This document shows, piece after piece, positions 61,248 to 64,000 of a stretch of 64,000 nucleotides of DNA. Both the position numbers and the translations under genes were made by a program. The notes under the pieces are model-generated. The model saw only the letters and a program-made list of their open reading frames with translations. It made no database searches and was not told the origin of the DNA. Each line of letters starts with the position of its first letter. The first letter of the stretch is position 1. This DNA is from Chiloscyllium plagiosum (Eukaryota): positions 29,789,631 through 29,853,630 of the forward strand of contig NC_057720.1 of NCBI RefSeq assembly GCF_004010195.1, written 5' to 3'.

Positions 61248-62229
61248 TACACACAAGAGATCCAAAAGTAAGAATAAGGATACGTTTCATTTCCTTGCTC
61301 TTTGTTCCGTGTACTACAATCGCTATGTGCATATTCTGCGTGAAAATATCCAAAGCACTTTCGTGCTGTTCAACGTATTCCACACTGGGGGAAGTTATCG
61401 TCTGCATAATGACTGTGCCTTAGTCAAATGGAAAATTCAGAAACCAGGATTGTGGTTGTATTACATTGACAGCCTAACGTTAGAACGACAGATCCAAAGT
61501 TCAGCTATTTGGACTAAAGTTGTACAGTGAGTTGTGTAGTCTGTAACTCGCGCTGGACTTCTCTCATTCTGGCCAACAAGAGGCTTTTCATACGTACACA
61601 GAGCTCGATTTTTACTTCGGGAGCGTGTTGGCTCCGCCACCTGTTTTCTGAAACAGCAACTGATAGGCAAATCTCAGAACTGATTCAACCTTCTACTGTT
61701 CCACAAGCAGTCTTGTTATAATAACCCGAGAAAAATATTTAATTGAATGTGTGCAGCTGGTGTATAACATGGTAATCACTTCATATTTGCTCTCAAATAC
61801 CCTTCCCCATTGAAAAACTGATTTGTTGAAAAATCTAATTCCTCTATTATAATACATTTTGCATATTTTAAAGACAATATTTAAAGTTTTTTATCTGTAT
61901 CCTATCTTAGTCTAATCATAATTATTTATTTTGATACCTGAAACTTTATAAGTGAACACTGTGGCATTTTTAACTTCCTGGTTTGCTGTCTATGCGAATA
62001 CTGCGATATGATTGGCTGTTCACCTGACTTCTTAATATCACTGTCCTTAATGCCTGGTGATCCCTCTGACATGGTGCCAGATTCAAAACTATCATTAGGA
62101 AAGGTAAGTGGGTGTATCAGAAGTTGATAAATCGTTATGAGCAGCTTTGTTTGAAGTCATTGGTGATCGCTGTTGTTTCACTGTTGATCTGGATGACTGG
62201 GCCATGGTCGCAGATCGGTCATATTGAAT

Positions 62230-63610
62230 TCTTAAGAAGCTTCACAGAGAAAATGTTTTGTTTAAACACTGTGGTATTTAATACGTAGGATCGAGCTTTC
62301 ATAATTAAAGGAGGCTATTGGGATGATAAGTACTTCTCGGCTTAATGGGTTGACATTATTTGGAATTCTTTACCCTACAAAAGGGTTGTTGTTATTCGTT
62401 CGAGTAAATTCAAGAGGAACGTTGGTAGATTTGGGAGTACTAATGAAATTAAAAGATATGTTTTAATGCAGGAAAGTGGAGTTGAAATAAATCAACCATA
62501 AACTTGTTCAATGGTAGAGGAGGCTTAATGAACCAAATGGCAGTTCGCCTCTTATGTTCTTACAGAGTGACCAAGTGATAACTCCTATTCTTATGTTCCT
62601 CAAGATTTGATTTGTAACTAAAACAAATATTTGGCGTTTCTGGGGTCAAATAGGTCCTTGTTCTTAAAGTGTGTGAGGTTTTTTGCAATCTATATCCAAA
62701 ATTATAAAATATTGAAGTGAAACTTACAACTACAATCCAGGCCAGAAAATCAGTGTATGGGATGTGATCTGGTATATAAGTTGTGAAGAGGAAAGAAAGA
62801 AACTACAAAGAGATACAGACAGGTGACTGGGCAAGAAAATGGTAGATAGAATTAAACGTGGAGAACTGTGAAGTTATTCATTTTAATGGAGAAAATAGAA
62901 AAGCAGAATACTTTGTAAAATGAGAAATATTGGTATTCGGAGTGACCTGGATGACTTATGCATGAATACCTAAAGTTAGCATCAGGCACAGCAAACAAAA
63001 ACAGTTGATACATTGTCCTTTAATACATAGTGATTGGGGTATAAGAATAAAAGAATGACAATTATATAGTTCCTTGTTAAGTTCCTTGCACTTGGAATAT
63101 TGTACATAGTGTTGGTCTTCTTACCTAAAGAAGGCATTTACTTTCCTTTGGAGTGCTGTGAATGTTCACTGGACTGATTCCTGGGCTCAGGTGGTTGCAC
63201 CAGGAGAAGAGATTATGTAAACTGTACCCAAAATTTTAGAGATTAGAAAAAGGACACATATGCTTCTTGAGAGGATAAATAAAGAAGGATTGCTTTGGGC
63301 TGGAGAGTCCAGGAGTAAGGCCACAGTCTTACTCTTAAATAGATGGGCCATCTATTTTAGACTGAGAGGAGAGGAATTTCTTCATTCAGACAACAGTAAA
63401 TCTTTGAAAGTTTATTTCTCAGAGGGCTGTCAATGCTCAATCATTGAGTTCAGTCAAGATATAGATTGATAGATTGTTGGTTACTAAGAGAATCAGTGCA
63501 TCAGTGGTGCTAATATACAAAGATGTCTTTGAGATGGAAGATTAGCCATGATCATATTGAATAGTGAGGCAGTATCAAATATCCAAATGGCCTGTGTCTA
63601 TTCCATTTGC
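62230..63610 (+). mobile_element. Two old CR1 3' fragments (62230-62600 and ~62680-63610)
   Basis: Decayed W*IELNVENCEVIHF and HLEYCT*CWSSYLKK motifs, and CR1 tails (ATTAGCCATGATCATATTGAATAG...CAAATGGCCT). Confidence 0.7.
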
Positions 63611-64000
63611 ATGTCATATCTGGATTAAAGCATTCAAATTGAAAAACATAGCCAAGAAGATCAATGCACCAAACGTCATGACTGAAAGAAGTCTAAAGTA
63701 ATATTTCAAATTCTAAGCAAGATCTTTTGGAGACAATTTGTTAAAGTAGCTGTTTAGCTCTTTCCTAATATGTATTTCCATTGGTTCCCAAAATTAACAT
63801 TTTGGATATGGCTTCTTAGTCTGTTCACCAATTAGCTCGCCAGGTCAAACATTAGAGTCAATGTGTAGCTACCTCTACCATAACTATGTGCTGGAGACTA
63901 TCGAGAGTTAAAGACTTTTGTTTGCAATTCGTGTATAACGTGTATAACGTGGGAAGACCACATCAAGTGGTTAGAGGGAAACAAATCACTGGATATTATA

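Overview
This is eukaryotic non-coding DNA, very likely from a shark. It carries four HE1-type SINEs (two with (AATCT)n tails) and their partner HER1/CR1 LINEs. I found no host protein-coding gene that I can support; every recognisable ORF is retroelement-derived. Positions ~0.5-53 kb are a dense, nested mosaic of transposable elements (TEs): two CR1 families, L2, Rex1/Babar, Deu-domain SINEs, a second tRNA-SINE, a solo LTR, and a decayed Gypsy element spread over ~10 kb. At least four families of Penelope-like elements (PLEs) are also present. The PLE copies repeatedly form head-to-head inverted structures, several with 11-17 bp target-site duplications (TSDs). They carry minimal hammerhead-ribozyme cores (CUGANGA-stem II-GAAACGUC), best seen in the ~1 kb palindrome at 44392-45382. 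Positions ~53.3-60.4 kb switch abruptly to apparently TE-free, CpG-retaining unique sequence that looks like a cluster of conserved non-coding elements. Family names come from motif recognition by eye, not database searches, and boundaries of old elements are approximate.
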